A DNA stretch of 58,651 bases, the filler included, from Catajapyx aquilonaris (lineage: Eukaryota): NCBI GenBank assembly GCA_000934665.2. It is 2 parts of 2 records of this genome, joined end to end, with 100 filler letters (N's around TTAATTAATTAA, not from the genome) between each part and the next. Parts side by side here need not be neighbours in the genome. Positions count along the whole stretch, not along the records: positions 1 to 29,286 come from KZ539225.1; 1 more part is not named here. One strand, given 5' to 3'. Every line of letters begins with the position of its first letter. The stretch's first letter is position 1. Of the stretch, positions 13,394-26,300 are shown piece by piece. The notes beneath the pieces are model-generated. The model did not search any database and was not told the DNA's origin. It was given only the letters and a program-made list of their open reading frames with translations. A program made the translations under genes and the position numbers.

Positions 13394-16300
13394 TACGTTC
13401 ATACGAATTTTAAAAAAAGGAATCTATACAATCTTCATTGACACGCACATGTACTGTACTACGTATATGTTGAACGTGTATTTAAAACCAGTACAGTACA
13501 GTATATTCCTTCAGTGATCAGAGCACATTAATCTACCTAAACAGTGCCTACACTTGCCCCTCTTCACCTATTAAAGATATGAACCCGAAAAAAGCGGAAT
13601 GTAGAAATTAATGGCAATATAAATCAACTCCCTGGCCCAATTTGCTAAACTTAATAAAATCACATGGCACTCACGGCACACTTTGGGCCTTTTAGCCGGT
13701 CCAGAGCAGAACACAAGATGATTTTGTAGTTCCTTTCGGCATACCGACGATGCATAAGGATAATGACACGATTATGGCGTCAATATTTCGCTTATTTGTC
13801 AGGTGCCTTGAGGAATTTAATCAGTACTCTTCATTCACACGCATACACTCACACCCCCCCCCCCACACACACACCTATGTGCATATTATTCCCAGCGTCA
13901 TTCAAGTGCTATAATATTGTAGGGACATACCACTTCTTATTTACCTCCACAGCAGAAATACATGACTATTCGAATGTGCTTATCGTAAGTGAGTATTACC
14001 GTAAAACGCGAGTGCAGGCACTGCAAATTGGTACTCTTTGTGACACATATATTGATATTTGATACTCAAAACAGAAGCTCGAGGATTTATGGTTTTTTGT
14101 CCCTCGAGAAACTGAGCAGAAATATAACACCATCTTTGAAATTCCGGCCCTGCTTTCAATCCAATGCAGTGTTTATATGTGGACTCAAAAACAGGAAAAT
14201 CTCTGTCTTTGATCCCAAAGTTCTTGAAGAATTTTATATTCTGTCGTGGGAACATCTCTCCCTCTCCCTCCTCTCTGCCCCCTTCTCCCTCTCTCCCAGT
14301 CCCTCGCCCATACATTTTTTTATACGCAGGTTCGCATTACCTCACTTCTCGGCATCCCCTTTATTTTCACGCCTCTTTTCAGCAGCGAAACCTCCCCGGA
14401 GGACCCAGTCTCTCTGGGATGTCGGTTCTTCGCTTCCGTGCATGTATTTCCATGCAAAAGGCCAAGTGGAAAAAAGGGACATTCCTCCCAGGGATTGATA
14501 AGACGACGACATCCGATTTACACCAGTCACTGTGTTTTCCGCCACCTGCTTTAGTCTCGCTTCACAGTTTTCTTCTGCTTTGCTCCGGAAAAACTTTCCT
14601 TGAACTATATTGTTGCAGCGAGCACTCTCTGCTCTATAGGGATAGGCAATTTACTGATTAAAATAATTGCTCGGTAAAGCAAGTATAAAGCAGTGAGAGT
14701 GGTGTTCAACTTGCTTCCTTTGGCTTGGTCGTTTTATGACAAGTAATAAGAGTATGACGCGGATAAAGGTGACGTCTTGGATGCCAGTGACTGTAAGACA
14801 ATCATAATACATACAGTATAAGGTAATGTGTTAATTCTTAGAGGGAAATGTGTTAGGCCGCGACTTGGGTGAAAAGTGTGACACTGGTAGAAGTAATCTT
14901 TGTCATTCAAGTTGAGGTAGGACGAGGCGAGATATCGGTAGAGAAAAGTAAGTTTCCAATGGGCCAGGAGGTGGGGCTGGTTAACACGGAATTGCCGATG
15001 ATTCCTCTCCCCTTTTTTGTCTCTCCCTCCCTCCCTTTGTCTCCTCCTTTCCTGTTTATATTCTGACGAGGATGAACTTTCCTCTAATCTGTCGCGGGGA
15101 GATTTATTACCGCGGAAGTTGGGTATCAAACTCCAGCAGGAATTGGACTGCCCAGGGACCTATTCCTCACTCTGGGTCCCGGGCTCTGCCGGCGAGGGAA
15201 GACCATGGAGACTCTGATTTTCCCATTGAACCGAGACTCCAGCAGGGTGATTCACTGGGTGGAATGGAAGGCCCTTTCACCCCACCCACTACACTCCACC
15301 CTCTACAGATAAAGGAAGCCTTCAAGTAGAAGTAGCCAGTTGAAATGGAGGAAGTAGTGCAAAGGTCTCACAACCGACACGCAAAAAATAGATGCCGCAG
15401 ACTCGGAGGAAGTCAAGAATTCGGCATTGGTAGTGCCACAAAGTTGAACAAGTGTTCAAGTATCTTCAAACTTGTATGCACCAGATTTCAAAGCTGGAAC
15501 CTTCCATCACCGTTATCATGGGGAAAGAGGAATCGTTCTTCTGTAATGAATAGCATCAAAGAAAGAAAGAGAGGGAAAGAAAATCTGACTGACCTTTCCC
15601 ATAACCTGCATGCTTGACGCCGCAAGCAGAGAGCAATCATGGTATACTAACTGTGCAGGGATTTGTCTTACGCTAAGTGAATGTTCTTGTTTTCAGTGAC
15701 GCTTCAGGTTTTTGCCTTTCATAAGCCTGGAGCAAATGTAGCCAGGCGGGCAAATTGTTCTCTCTCCCTTCTCACCCTGCCTGCCCCGCAAACTCTCGCA
15801 CTATATGACACACAAACACCATCTCCGCCGTAAGCTAATAGTTTGTATTATTATGCCCTGGTTTCGTTTATCCCAGTCATTCTTGAAGTTGGCAGACCTA
15901 GGTGTCAAACTCATTTCAGCGTTATGCAGTATGTAAAGGTACCAAACAAGGCGCACCCTCTGACTCATACATACTTGTGAAACATAAGCAAAAAATTTTA
16001 CCTGCCCTATACGAGCATCGGAGAAAAGGTTTGTCTACCTACTGTACGGTACACTGCGACTTCAACTAAAGGTGGCGACGCGACGTCTTTTTAGGCATTC
16101 AAATTCAAGACCGTCCACCGACCCCCTGAATTTTTAAAGCAGTAAGGGCTATTTGTTTTGCTAACTGTCGAACCAGATAATTTTTTCTGAATAATATTGT
16201 CATATTCTCTTCCGGTTTGAAAAAAAAGGAAAAAATCGTGTGATCGGTGCAAAATGTAACCAGGTCAAAACGGGTTTTAAATTTAAAACGTGCTATAAAC

Positions 16301-16591
16301 AAATTGGTTCCAGAAGTAAACAAATGCATTCAGATTTCCGGATATTTCTGGTATTGTTATTCCGGGGTTATTCATTGCAAGGCAGAGATATACAGGGAGA
16401 AAATAACACAGAACTTTCAGTAATTATTACTTAGTCGCTTCATCTACAGGTTGTACACCAAACAAAAATTAATGTAAAACATAAAGTGGACAAATTGTAA
16501 AATCGAGCATTTTAAATGCGGGTATTCGCAAAATCCGACTCTGTATAGTAAAACTGAGTTTCACATTTTTATCTGGCACTAGCATTAAGAT

Positions 16592-16592
<1 letters not shown>

Positions 16593-16644
<52 letters not shown>
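16593..16644. repeat. (AAT)n microsatellite, possibly the tail of a minus-strand retroposon
   Basis: Direct reading; the SINEs in this window end in (ATT)n. Confidence 0.9.
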
Positions 16645-19291
16645 CCCGAAAAGGATCCCTTCACACCTCATTCCATACAGTTTCTTGAATACCACACCTC
16701 TGCCTAATCTCATAATTTTAAAATATTTATCTATAACCCCCTAGTAGGGAAGGCTACGTGGGAATGCAGTGGTTAAGGGTGACATATTTAATGAGTTCAA
16801 ACCCGAGTTTGGAGAGGATCGACATTATCAGGTGAAAAAAAGTTTGCAATTGGTTTATTTTCAATAGCTAATTAATGTACCTACTAATATTTTAAATAAT
16901 CCGAGACAAAGAAGTATGCCCATGAATATTATTGGTCAGATGGGGTGCTGTGGAATCATCCAAAAGATTTGTGTCCTTATTCGATTTTTCTAATTCGTGT
17001 CCAAGATTTCTTACTTTCAGGGAAACCTAACTCATGAACCTCCGATGCTAGAATTTTTAATGTGGAATATGACTTAGGGCCGGAACTTTGGTCTCCATAT
17101 ACTTTGGAATTCAAATGGGTCTGTTAGTAACGCGGAATAAATCGTCCCAGTTCTGGAGCCAAGGAGAACTAATATAACACCAAAAACATTTTTTGTGTGT
17201 GCTTGTGCACTGTCTATACGGACATAGTATTATGCATGATTGTATTACATTGCACTCAATGTCACCTGTTTGTGTGTGCCATGTTTTTGGCTGTATTTCT
17301 TAATTAACAAGCTTGTCCTTTATCGCTGACTACGCCTGTTATAGGGTAATGTAATGTTGTTTTAGACTTGTAGTACTTGCAGTTGTTGTTATTATTTGAT
17401 TCCTTGCAGGGATGGCTCTCTAGCTGTTAACGCAACGGATTTTTGCTTATGACCCCTTTAAGGGGCGTGAAAAGATACTTATCTGTACTGAGACCCAGCA
17501 GGTCTATTTCGCAACTAGAATACGTCACTTATTGTACCCTAAATAGGTGAATCCTGTGGTATGATCAATAAAAACCTCAGTTCACAATATATTCTGACTG
17601 ATATTGTTAGCCCTTGAAGACATATTAGCATCGTCTATTGTGTTCCGCAAATGGTACCAGTACGTAAAAAGAATCATTTTGGGGAGCAGCGTCCGGCCAA
17701 TCATCACCTCACCCCCTGCGTGTTGATGGACGATGTCATTAAAACGATTTACTACTTCACATCCTTTGTGCCCGCAGAATGACGCGATTGAATGACCGTG
17801 ACCATTTGGATGTTTCGGCCGCGTAAATGAAGTGCGACCATCATTCAGGGTTTAAAATGGTTACTCTAATTTTGTAAAAGACAATTACGCCAGCATTTGT
17901 TTCGGCAAGCTTTTAATTCAGGTGAAATTGTGCATGGAATCGGTGCATAGATCATCGCACAGCATGCATTCAGTAGGGCTAAGGAAGGAAAGTGTGTGGT
18001 GCGGCCAGTCACTGTACCGCCTCTCTTGCAACAGGTTCGGTTAGGACTCCATCGGTATTCACCACATCCCAATTGCCACGCACTGTTTATGAATTCTTAC
18101 TAAATGTTTTTGGGATTTTTTTCTTCAAGAAATAGGCATACATATAACAGCATGTATAGCGTCTACGTTTAGAAATAACGTCCACGCCGGATCTGGTCTT
18201 TACTCCTGGTGTAGGTACCGTATATCAATGATATTTTTGCTGCGTAGCTAGGGCTGCCGGTCATTTAGTTGGGAGGGCTGGAGGTGGGATAAAAGTGCAG
18301 TGCCAACGTTCTGTAACATTCATGCCACATTGTTGACCGCTTAGTCCGCAGATCATGGAGTAGAGCGGAAGGTGCACGTTATTGTAAAAGTGATTTACAG
18401 CGGTTATTTCCGACTGGCGATGCTGATGGAGAAGAGGACGTAAAACTACGGCGTGTTCTTCATTTTACGGCTCAAAAAATTACGCGCTTTTGGCAGCTAA
18501 AGTATAGACAAAAATCCCATTCTATACCGGCATGCCAGTACAGCCACCTCTCTTCTCTCTTCCTGAAGCACACAGCTCTAGGCTAACAACTGATGCTGGG
18601 CTTACGTTAGTTCCTCCCCCTATACACACGCGTTTATCTTCTGCGACTCTCTAACTCTAACTACCCTGCCAAAAGGGCAAGACCCCCAAAAGTGTCCCCT
18701 CTCCCCAAATGAGGACCTCTCCATTTTATGGCTGAGACCAAAGAATTAATGTTTCGGCTGTCAATGAGCCAACAGCCCCCTGCCATAGGACAGAGTACCT
18801 GTTCCTCCACCACCTGCTTATAACCGGATACCAAAACAGAGGTTGAGAATGAGAAGAGTCGAATTACAGAGCAAGTTTCCGCAATGAACACGAAACACTA
18901 CAATCAGTCAATTTCTTCTTTGTTTAAGTCTCTACACTATACAGAGTGTTGAGGTGTACGTTTTAGTTGGCTATTTTTCATTACAAAATAATGCTTTAGT
19001 GTAGACTTGATCTACTGCTGAATGTAATCTTGTACGAGCACATTTCATGATAAGAATAGGATTGATTGGATGATGCAGTCATGCCGAGAGAAAAATGCGG
19101 GCATGGCCTTTTTTAGACGTAGAACAGGAGGTGAAGGGGGAGGGGGGTTGCAACGCTCAGTGTGGCCAGCAGCCCCTTGTGCCATTGGGAGGTGATTCCG
19201 GGGTTGGACATGGGACGCTGACCAAACTGAAAGTCGGGGCTAGGAGCAATTTGCGCTGGGTGTGTGAGTGGAGGAGGAGGAGGATGGAGCA

Positions 19292-19465
19292 GGGGAGGGA
19301 GGGAGGGAGGGAGNNNNNNNNNNNNNNNNNNNNNNNNNNNNNNNNNNNNNNNNNNNNNNNNNNNNNNNNNNNNNNNNNNNNNNNNNNNNNNNNNNNNNNN
19401 NNNNNNNNNNNNNNNNNNNNNNNNNNNNNNNNNNGGAGGGAGGAAGGGAGGGAGGGAGGGAGGGA
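19292..19465. repeat. (GGGA)n tract spanning an assembly gap
   Basis: GGGA repeats on both sides of the N run 19314-19434. Confidence 0.85.
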
Positions 19466-21177
19466 GTGTTGGCCAATGAAAGCAGTGGCCTCGTTAATAT
19501 TTTTCCATCGCACCCAGGTTTGTTAGCTGGCGCTGCGCTGGGGGAATTTCACGCCGCCGACTGTTGGGAGCTAGGAGGCCCGCTTTTCCCCCCTCCTAAA
19601 TACGGTGTAGTTGACTGGACCTGCAATGGGTGTTCGGGGATATTGTTCTTTTGTCCAGGGGTAAAATGTCAATTTCCAACCACCCGCTTGTATTTTCCAA
19701 TTGTGTTGTGCCTCGTGCCACAATATCGGTGGTTGCCGCTGGCAATATACTGCACGCGGCACTGCGGGGGCAGGAGGAGGATTGTTTTTTTCTCTAGTGC
19801 ACTGGGTTAATCACTTGCCTCAAACAGCTCATCAAGAATCATAATTGCTCTTTCTATTCCCCCTAAGCTCCAACTCCAGGTGGGGTGATACTGGTTATCA
19901 TTGTCAATGTTTATTCACTTGCCAAGAGTATACTATTTATGCAGCTGCTCTGACGTGAGATCAGAGAAATTCCTACAACATTACTCTAAATGACGCACTA
20001 AATATCGTAATAGTACCTATATTTTAAATACAATGATATAATATCATTCCATGTTACCGTTTTTATGGATGGTCAGTGGTGAACCTAAACCTATTCCTAG
20101 CCTATTTTCGTGATTAATAAACCACCGTCAGTAACATTTTGACGATTCCTTGGTCGTATTCATATTAGCCTACATTGTAACTTGATTTCGACATCGGCCT
20201 TATTTTATCACTCTAATATAGAGTAGGAAAAAGGTCGGGTCAATGTTTCCATTCGTGGGCCGTAATTATGTATCCGGTTAAGAAATAATCTATAAAATCA
20301 TAACAATAACCATAATATAATAAATTAATAATAGTCCAACGCTCTCCGCATAAAAAATTCCGATGATTCCCTCTCAGTCTCAGACGTCAGAGCTGCGTCA
20401 GAGGTACAATAATTACGGCCTGAACCACTTTTCTGCCGGGATTCCTTGGGTTAAGTAGGCTATATCACGTGTAATCATGTCTAATAGTAAAAAGAATTTT
20501 TATGAAAACTGTTACTCGTAAAGGGAAAAGTACGAGACACTACAATAGTTCTGGGAAGCATTTAGCTTAAAACTTTCATATGGAGCAGATGATTGTTATT
20601 ATTTAATTTATACTGTGAGGCCTATTTTCTGCTCAGTTAAGGGTGAGACAGAAGTCATTTGTCGCTAATGTATGTCAGTCGTGCAATTTGAAATTGCATG
20701 ACTGGACTGCAAAACAAACACAATGTAATTAATTCAGACTTGTACACAGTATGTTTATTCACATACCGGCACTTCTACAGTGACTACAACCAATTTTGTT
20801 GTAAAGTAATACAACAACACGCTGTTGTCCCAATGTCGGGGTTTTCCCCCCGGGGGCATGCATGCTATTAATGAGAATGGTTGATAATTCTGTGATATTT
20901 GGTGTGAAATACCTATAATTTGCAGCGGTGTCACTTCTTTACTTATTAAAATAAAAGCTAATGTTAATAAGACATGTAAATACTACTGAATGCCAGGCAA
21001 AGGCTATATTAATTTTTTCCAACATCATGTTTGGCTCATTCTGGCAGCGCAGCGCAGAGAAAATATCACAATAGAATGGTACGACAAATATGCAATGGCA
21101 CATTTTCACCGATGGGTAATTAATATGTACGCCTACTCCTAAAAGGAGGCCCCGGTCACTCGTATAGGCCTACCTTA

Positions 21178-21467
21178 TACATTGCTCCCCCTGTGAGATT
21201 AGCTCTTCTTCCCCACCAACGGGGATTGCCACGGCGGCGCTGCAGAGTCGGATCCCATGATAGGTGGCGCCTTACCTAGCGGGCAATTATGAACCATTTT
21301 GCATCGATTCACGGATCTCCATAGAGGCGTCAACATCCTGGAAGTGATGATGCAAAATGGTTCAGAATGGCCAGTTAGGCAAGGCCCCACCTATCATAGG
21401 ATCCGACTCTGCAGTGCCGCCGTAGCAATCCCCCTTGATGGGGGAGAAGAGCTAAGCTCACACAAAA
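21178..21467 (+). mobile_element. Palindromic element family D, copy 1 (asymmetric ends, unclassified)
   Basis: About 115-bp subterminal inverted arms; ends TACATTGCTCCCCC.. and ..GCTCACACAAAA; homologous to 29757-30071 in the opposite orientation. Confidence 0.8.
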
Positions 21468-22579
21468 GGGGGGAAGGGGGAGTGACTGGGGCCTGCCTAA
21501 AAGTATCACGTTTAGAATTAGATCATCCGCCATGGATGCAAATGGATTTAATAATATTGCATGTACGTAGTCCTTGACACATGTTTTCTGATGGTTACGA
21601 CAATTTTCCGCTAACTTACAGAAATTACTCGTACATGCTTGAACACAGGTGATCATGTAAGGGAGAATGCAATATGCAAATAATGTGAAATAAGCTTCAT
21701 TTATCTTCAAGTCATTTCATTATGGCTTTCAAGAATACCTCGTGTGAGTTTCAGATCTTCATTATTTTTATTTTTAAACAATTTGGAATATTTCTAAATG
21801 TTAAAATTACATATATACGATATATATTTAAAATGTAGAACATTCGATCTGGATGGAAATACTATAGATATCACTTTAATATTGGAATTCATGGCACAAA
21901 ATAATATCTGTAAATTGGGCCTTTCGAACAAGCAGTTGTCTAGGGATTCTAAGCAATCGCTTTTGTTAGACTGTATACATGAGTCATAATACTCGTATTA
22001 TGATAAAGGTCCATCAGTATTCCTTTCCAGGCTGATATTTTCCAAGCTAATATTACGAGAGTTACACATAATCAGACAGAATAATTTTCTCTATACAGTT
22101 GTACACCACATAAATACTTGTGATTATGATCATGCTGAAGATGATAAATGCATTTATGGGGTGATTGCTTATTAATCTAGAGCGTACTAATAACATACTG
22201 AGGTATGTTTGGTTCTGCACCTATTGATGAAATCGGTTGGGAGAGCTAATGTATAATGCAGCAGCTTTGCTTACAACCAACTCTATTATTGTCTTATAAA
22301 ATATGCACAATATGCTGAATTATTTCGGAGAGGCATAATGTATTGTTCATAAATAAATTTCGAGTGTAGTTAAATTTTACATATGAATAATTCGGACGGA
22401 TTGTTCTGCAGACAGAACTGCCAAACAGTATAATGTTCTGCAGGCTGAGCTATAAGATATTCAATGTGTTTCAAGTGAGGGTCTCGGACAACTCCATGTC
22501 ACTTCCCCCCTAGTTGTATGGATACGGTAGTTTAATTTCTGTGTAGCCGCCAGGCTGGGAATTAGGCGCTGGCGGCGCT

Positions 22580-23093
22580 ACATAGTTCGCTCTCCGCCAT
22601 CTTTTTCAAGGTGCACTCTAGTGGTAAGTCTGCGGAAGGAAAGAAAGATCCAGCCATGATCTTAGAATACTCAGGTCTGGTCACTCCCACCCACCCCCTG
22701 CAGCGGGTACTCAGTTGAGAGCGCCATGAGACACTTCCCGGAGCAATCATGTGGCGACCCTACCGGACTAGGCTGAACTTTATAGGTACAAATGGGAAGC
22801 GCTACATGTGGGCCCAACATGGCCGCCGGCGACCATGTTGGGTCCCCCAATGTAGAGCTTCCCTTTTGTACCTATAAAGTTCAGCCTAGTCCGGTAGGGT
22901 CGCCACATGATTGCTCCGGGAAATGTCTCATGGCGCTCTCAGGTGAGCACCCGCTGCAAAACGCCTCGGCAGGCCATAAGATCAGAAAGTAGTATAAGTG
23001 TCCGGGGGCTGGATCCAACCAATCGCGGCAGACTACCCGCTACCTACCACAGGAGTTGCACCTTGAACAAGATGGCGTCTTAGCGAACGATGT
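22580..23093. mobile_element. 514-bp foldback element, unclassified
   Basis: Terminal IR acat(a/c)gttcgct..cgccatctt(t/g)ttcaaggtgca..gtggta; near-perfect inner palindrome 22699-22958. Confidence 0.8.
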
Positions 23094-23137
23094 GACATAG
23101 TTTTTACACTACCGTATTCGAGAAGTGTCATAGGCCT

Positions 23138-23369
23138 GGTCTCAGATCAAAGGCGGCTAAGTCCAAAAAAACGGGTCGCAAAATGAGCAAAAACTGCTGA
23201 TTACTTAACTTTCACTCATACAATCTTGAAACTTTTTGCGTCCATATGTTGCCACGGCTCAGCTACATACGCAAATGTGCAATACCCAATGACATTAAAA
23301 TACATTATTGCTTGACGTATTTGTGTTACACCACCCAAAAATGGACCTAGCCGCTTTTGATCTGAGACC
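23138..23369. mobile_element. MITE with ~27-bp terminal inverted repeats (GGTCTCAGATCAAA.GCGGCTA.GTCCA)
   Basis: Inverted repeats at both ends with an AT-rich interior. Confidence 0.75.
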
Positions 23370-26300
23370 CTCAAGTATCCAGACCCTTTATTTAGGTTAT
23401 TACATTGTACCAGAAGTTGTTATTTTTGTGTAGCTTTTTCTCCCCTATCGAGGTTCCCAATTCTACGGCAGAGCTGCCCTTTTCGACCATCTGGGAATAA
23501 TATTGGACACCTCCATCGGGTCACAACTACACAAAAATATGTAAATTCTGGCAAAAAAGTTCAGATGAAACTGACTGTATTTCTTACAACTCCATTAATA
23601 TTTCAAGAACTGGTGTAATCTCATAATTTTCTAAGTTCCATTGTCATAATTCGAGAATATTTTAAGTATTACAACGACTTCAGTATGCGGAGGGATGGTT
23701 CAAGATTACTTGAATGATATGTCATTTGACATGTACTGCATTGTGATTCATTCATTCACCCTCATCTGCTCCTAATTTTGTGCAGCAGCATACTGCATTG
23801 ATTAGAGTTGCGCCATGCCATTGCATTGATGTTAATGTGCTTGCAACAATAATTATCACTTGAACTGCAGCAAAAAAAGCTCTCGTGTATTAATCTCTCT
23901 CACATGCTCGTTCATCATACCACTTTTGATAGTGATGCGAACTTCTCAGCTTTTCCCTGTGCACCCTGTCCAATAGGCTTGTCATTCTGCCATGTGATTC
24001 TGACCGTTATTACTCAGCGAGTTTTCATAACGATGGGGCTTGCTATTGCTTACAAGCACGCACAGTCCGAATGCAGAGAATTTGGTCCTGGATTTTTCAC
24101 CTTGCATTATACAGTATTGCTCGCTTTACTGCATGCAAACTGTCCTTCAAATAACTTAGTATTGCAATACATTTTTGCTAAAAGCAACTAGTATCATTAT
24201 TTCTATATACTAATTGGGTCTAAAAATGCTACAGGGACATTTTGTAATTAGTGAAAATAACCATTGTCTTAACCACTGATATCATTGATCTGTTGTTGTT
24301 GTTGTTATTGTAAGTTGTAGTAGTTGCTGCTGCTGTTAGAGTGAGATGATCTTGAGGCAGTGGAACCAGAATGAGATGATGGCAATAAAGTGGCAGTAGA
24401 ACCACAAGTTACCTTGGCGCAGACGCGAAGGCGTCCATTCTTCGATTTGGGGAAAATCTACCGACAAGGCCCGACGCACTTAAGAATTCATGAGCATAAA
24501 CGGAGCCAATATTGGATCCTCCAGTTTCATGCTCGCATATTCAGAAGTAGAGGGGATTGAAGATAAAGCAAGTGGTGTGGGCCGGGGAAGTAACGATCGG
24601 CCACTTCATTGATAATTTATCGGAACTTCCCGAGGTAATGATTTATTCCTTTCACAGAGCTGGCTTAGGTTGCCACCTCGGCATATTTCTCTCGGACCCT
24701 TTCCATAAGTAGTATGGAGAATGTCTTAAGAAAATTGGAGGGAGCTGGCAACTTGAGGGGAGGAAGAGGGAGAGGGGGTCCGAGCCCCTATTTTATTGAC
24801 ATGTGGATGAGACAGTTCAAAGGCTCTTGCCAAGCGAGGAGCCGTCAGCTTAAAACCGAAGCGTCGTCGCCGAGCAACCAGAAAGAGCCCAAGAACTCCC
24901 ATTTTTCCAGTTCACTTTTTTCCAGGATTAAATACCTGAGATCCGTAGAATTAATTGGGAGCCTTCCCTTCGTGCCATTCTCACGGAGGACACTTTGACA
25001 GAGTCGATGTGACGGAGGAGATAGTTCGGGGAGATCCTCTGCCAGCGCTCTATATTCATGCGGAAATAGGAAGTGGTAAAATTGTAGCATGGTGAACAAG
25101 GCTCCCCATCGGGAACCGAATATATTGCCCTCAGGTGCGGCTACATTACGCCGTCCTTGTTAAACGCTAACTAATGTAGGCCTACTGAGAGTAACGACTC
25201 GTCATCAGCTTAATTGGGAGTCAAATGGCTGCCAGTAATTTATGGTACAGTCGCCCGCCCCGCATTGATATGTATTAATTTCGTTAATGACTGGATGCAA
25301 CTGACAGAAAAAGCAAAGCATGGCATTCACTTTTCCGCAGTAAATTTTGAATTTGAAAGCGCAATCAAATATCAAACGGGCATCCCCTGAAAAAAAAGCC
25401 AGAGGGAGAGAGCCCCAGCTTATTTCGCTTTTCAATCCCAACAGATGACACAATGATCTGGCTTACCATGCAGACTCCAATTTGCTATGTTTTGAGCTAC
25501 ACTTCAGTAACATAGGGCATGCTTATCTGTATTGTGTCAGTCCCCTCCCACCCTATCCCATCGTCCTACTTATTCTCCCCCTCGCGAGCTTGCTTGTCAG
25601 GTGTCCATCTACTGACATGAATGCTGGAGCATCGTTGTTTTGGACATGGCACTTGACAAATGAGTGTCAATTTTTCAAAGAAAAACATAACTTGCGTATA
25701 TAGGGTGGTCCAGCCAAACAAATCAATGGCCCAAGGCTATTTGTTTTGATCCCTTATCGGCCGTGTCTCAAAATTACATCAAAATGCCTGCTTGGGACAC
25801 CCACCTCTGGAGTCTATTGATGTTTGGCCAGTTCATGGGGTCATTACTGACACCCAAAGATGTTTTTATTAGCCAAGGAATGGTCACAAATAAGAGTTGA
25901 TTAATGCGTAGCAGCATATCCGTAACGTTTTGTTTATATAGGAACCTGTCAAAGTGAATCTCATTATGACCATCTGTCGACGCAAAAAATATTACAAATA
26001 CATTCATAGGAATAATTGCAGGAAAATTATTGCACTCTATAGAGACGTCTTTGTTCGTGTCCTATAAATATCATGAACGAGTATTAACGTGATTTTCACC
26101 AGAGTTCTTCAATTGAAATGTGGAATTCGGACGGTCATTAATTTCGCCTTTCAAGTAATCCGCTATCCTGGTTAATCCGGGTGGAGTCCGCATTGGATCC
26201 TGAGCCAGCAGATTAAGAAGGGGTTCACTGTGTAACGATCCGCCTTTTTGGGGGGTTTAATTGGTTTCCCACATAAATTTGGCTTCAACTTTTCGCAGAG

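Noticed and set aside
13980..14661. Cluster of 100-170 aa ORFs in several frames
   Set aside because: Pyrimidine-rich low-complexity sequence with no homology or coherent splice structure.
24290..24415. Minus-strand Ser-rich reading with an imperfect ~33-bp duplication
   Set aside because: Short, low complexity, no convincing acceptor or start.
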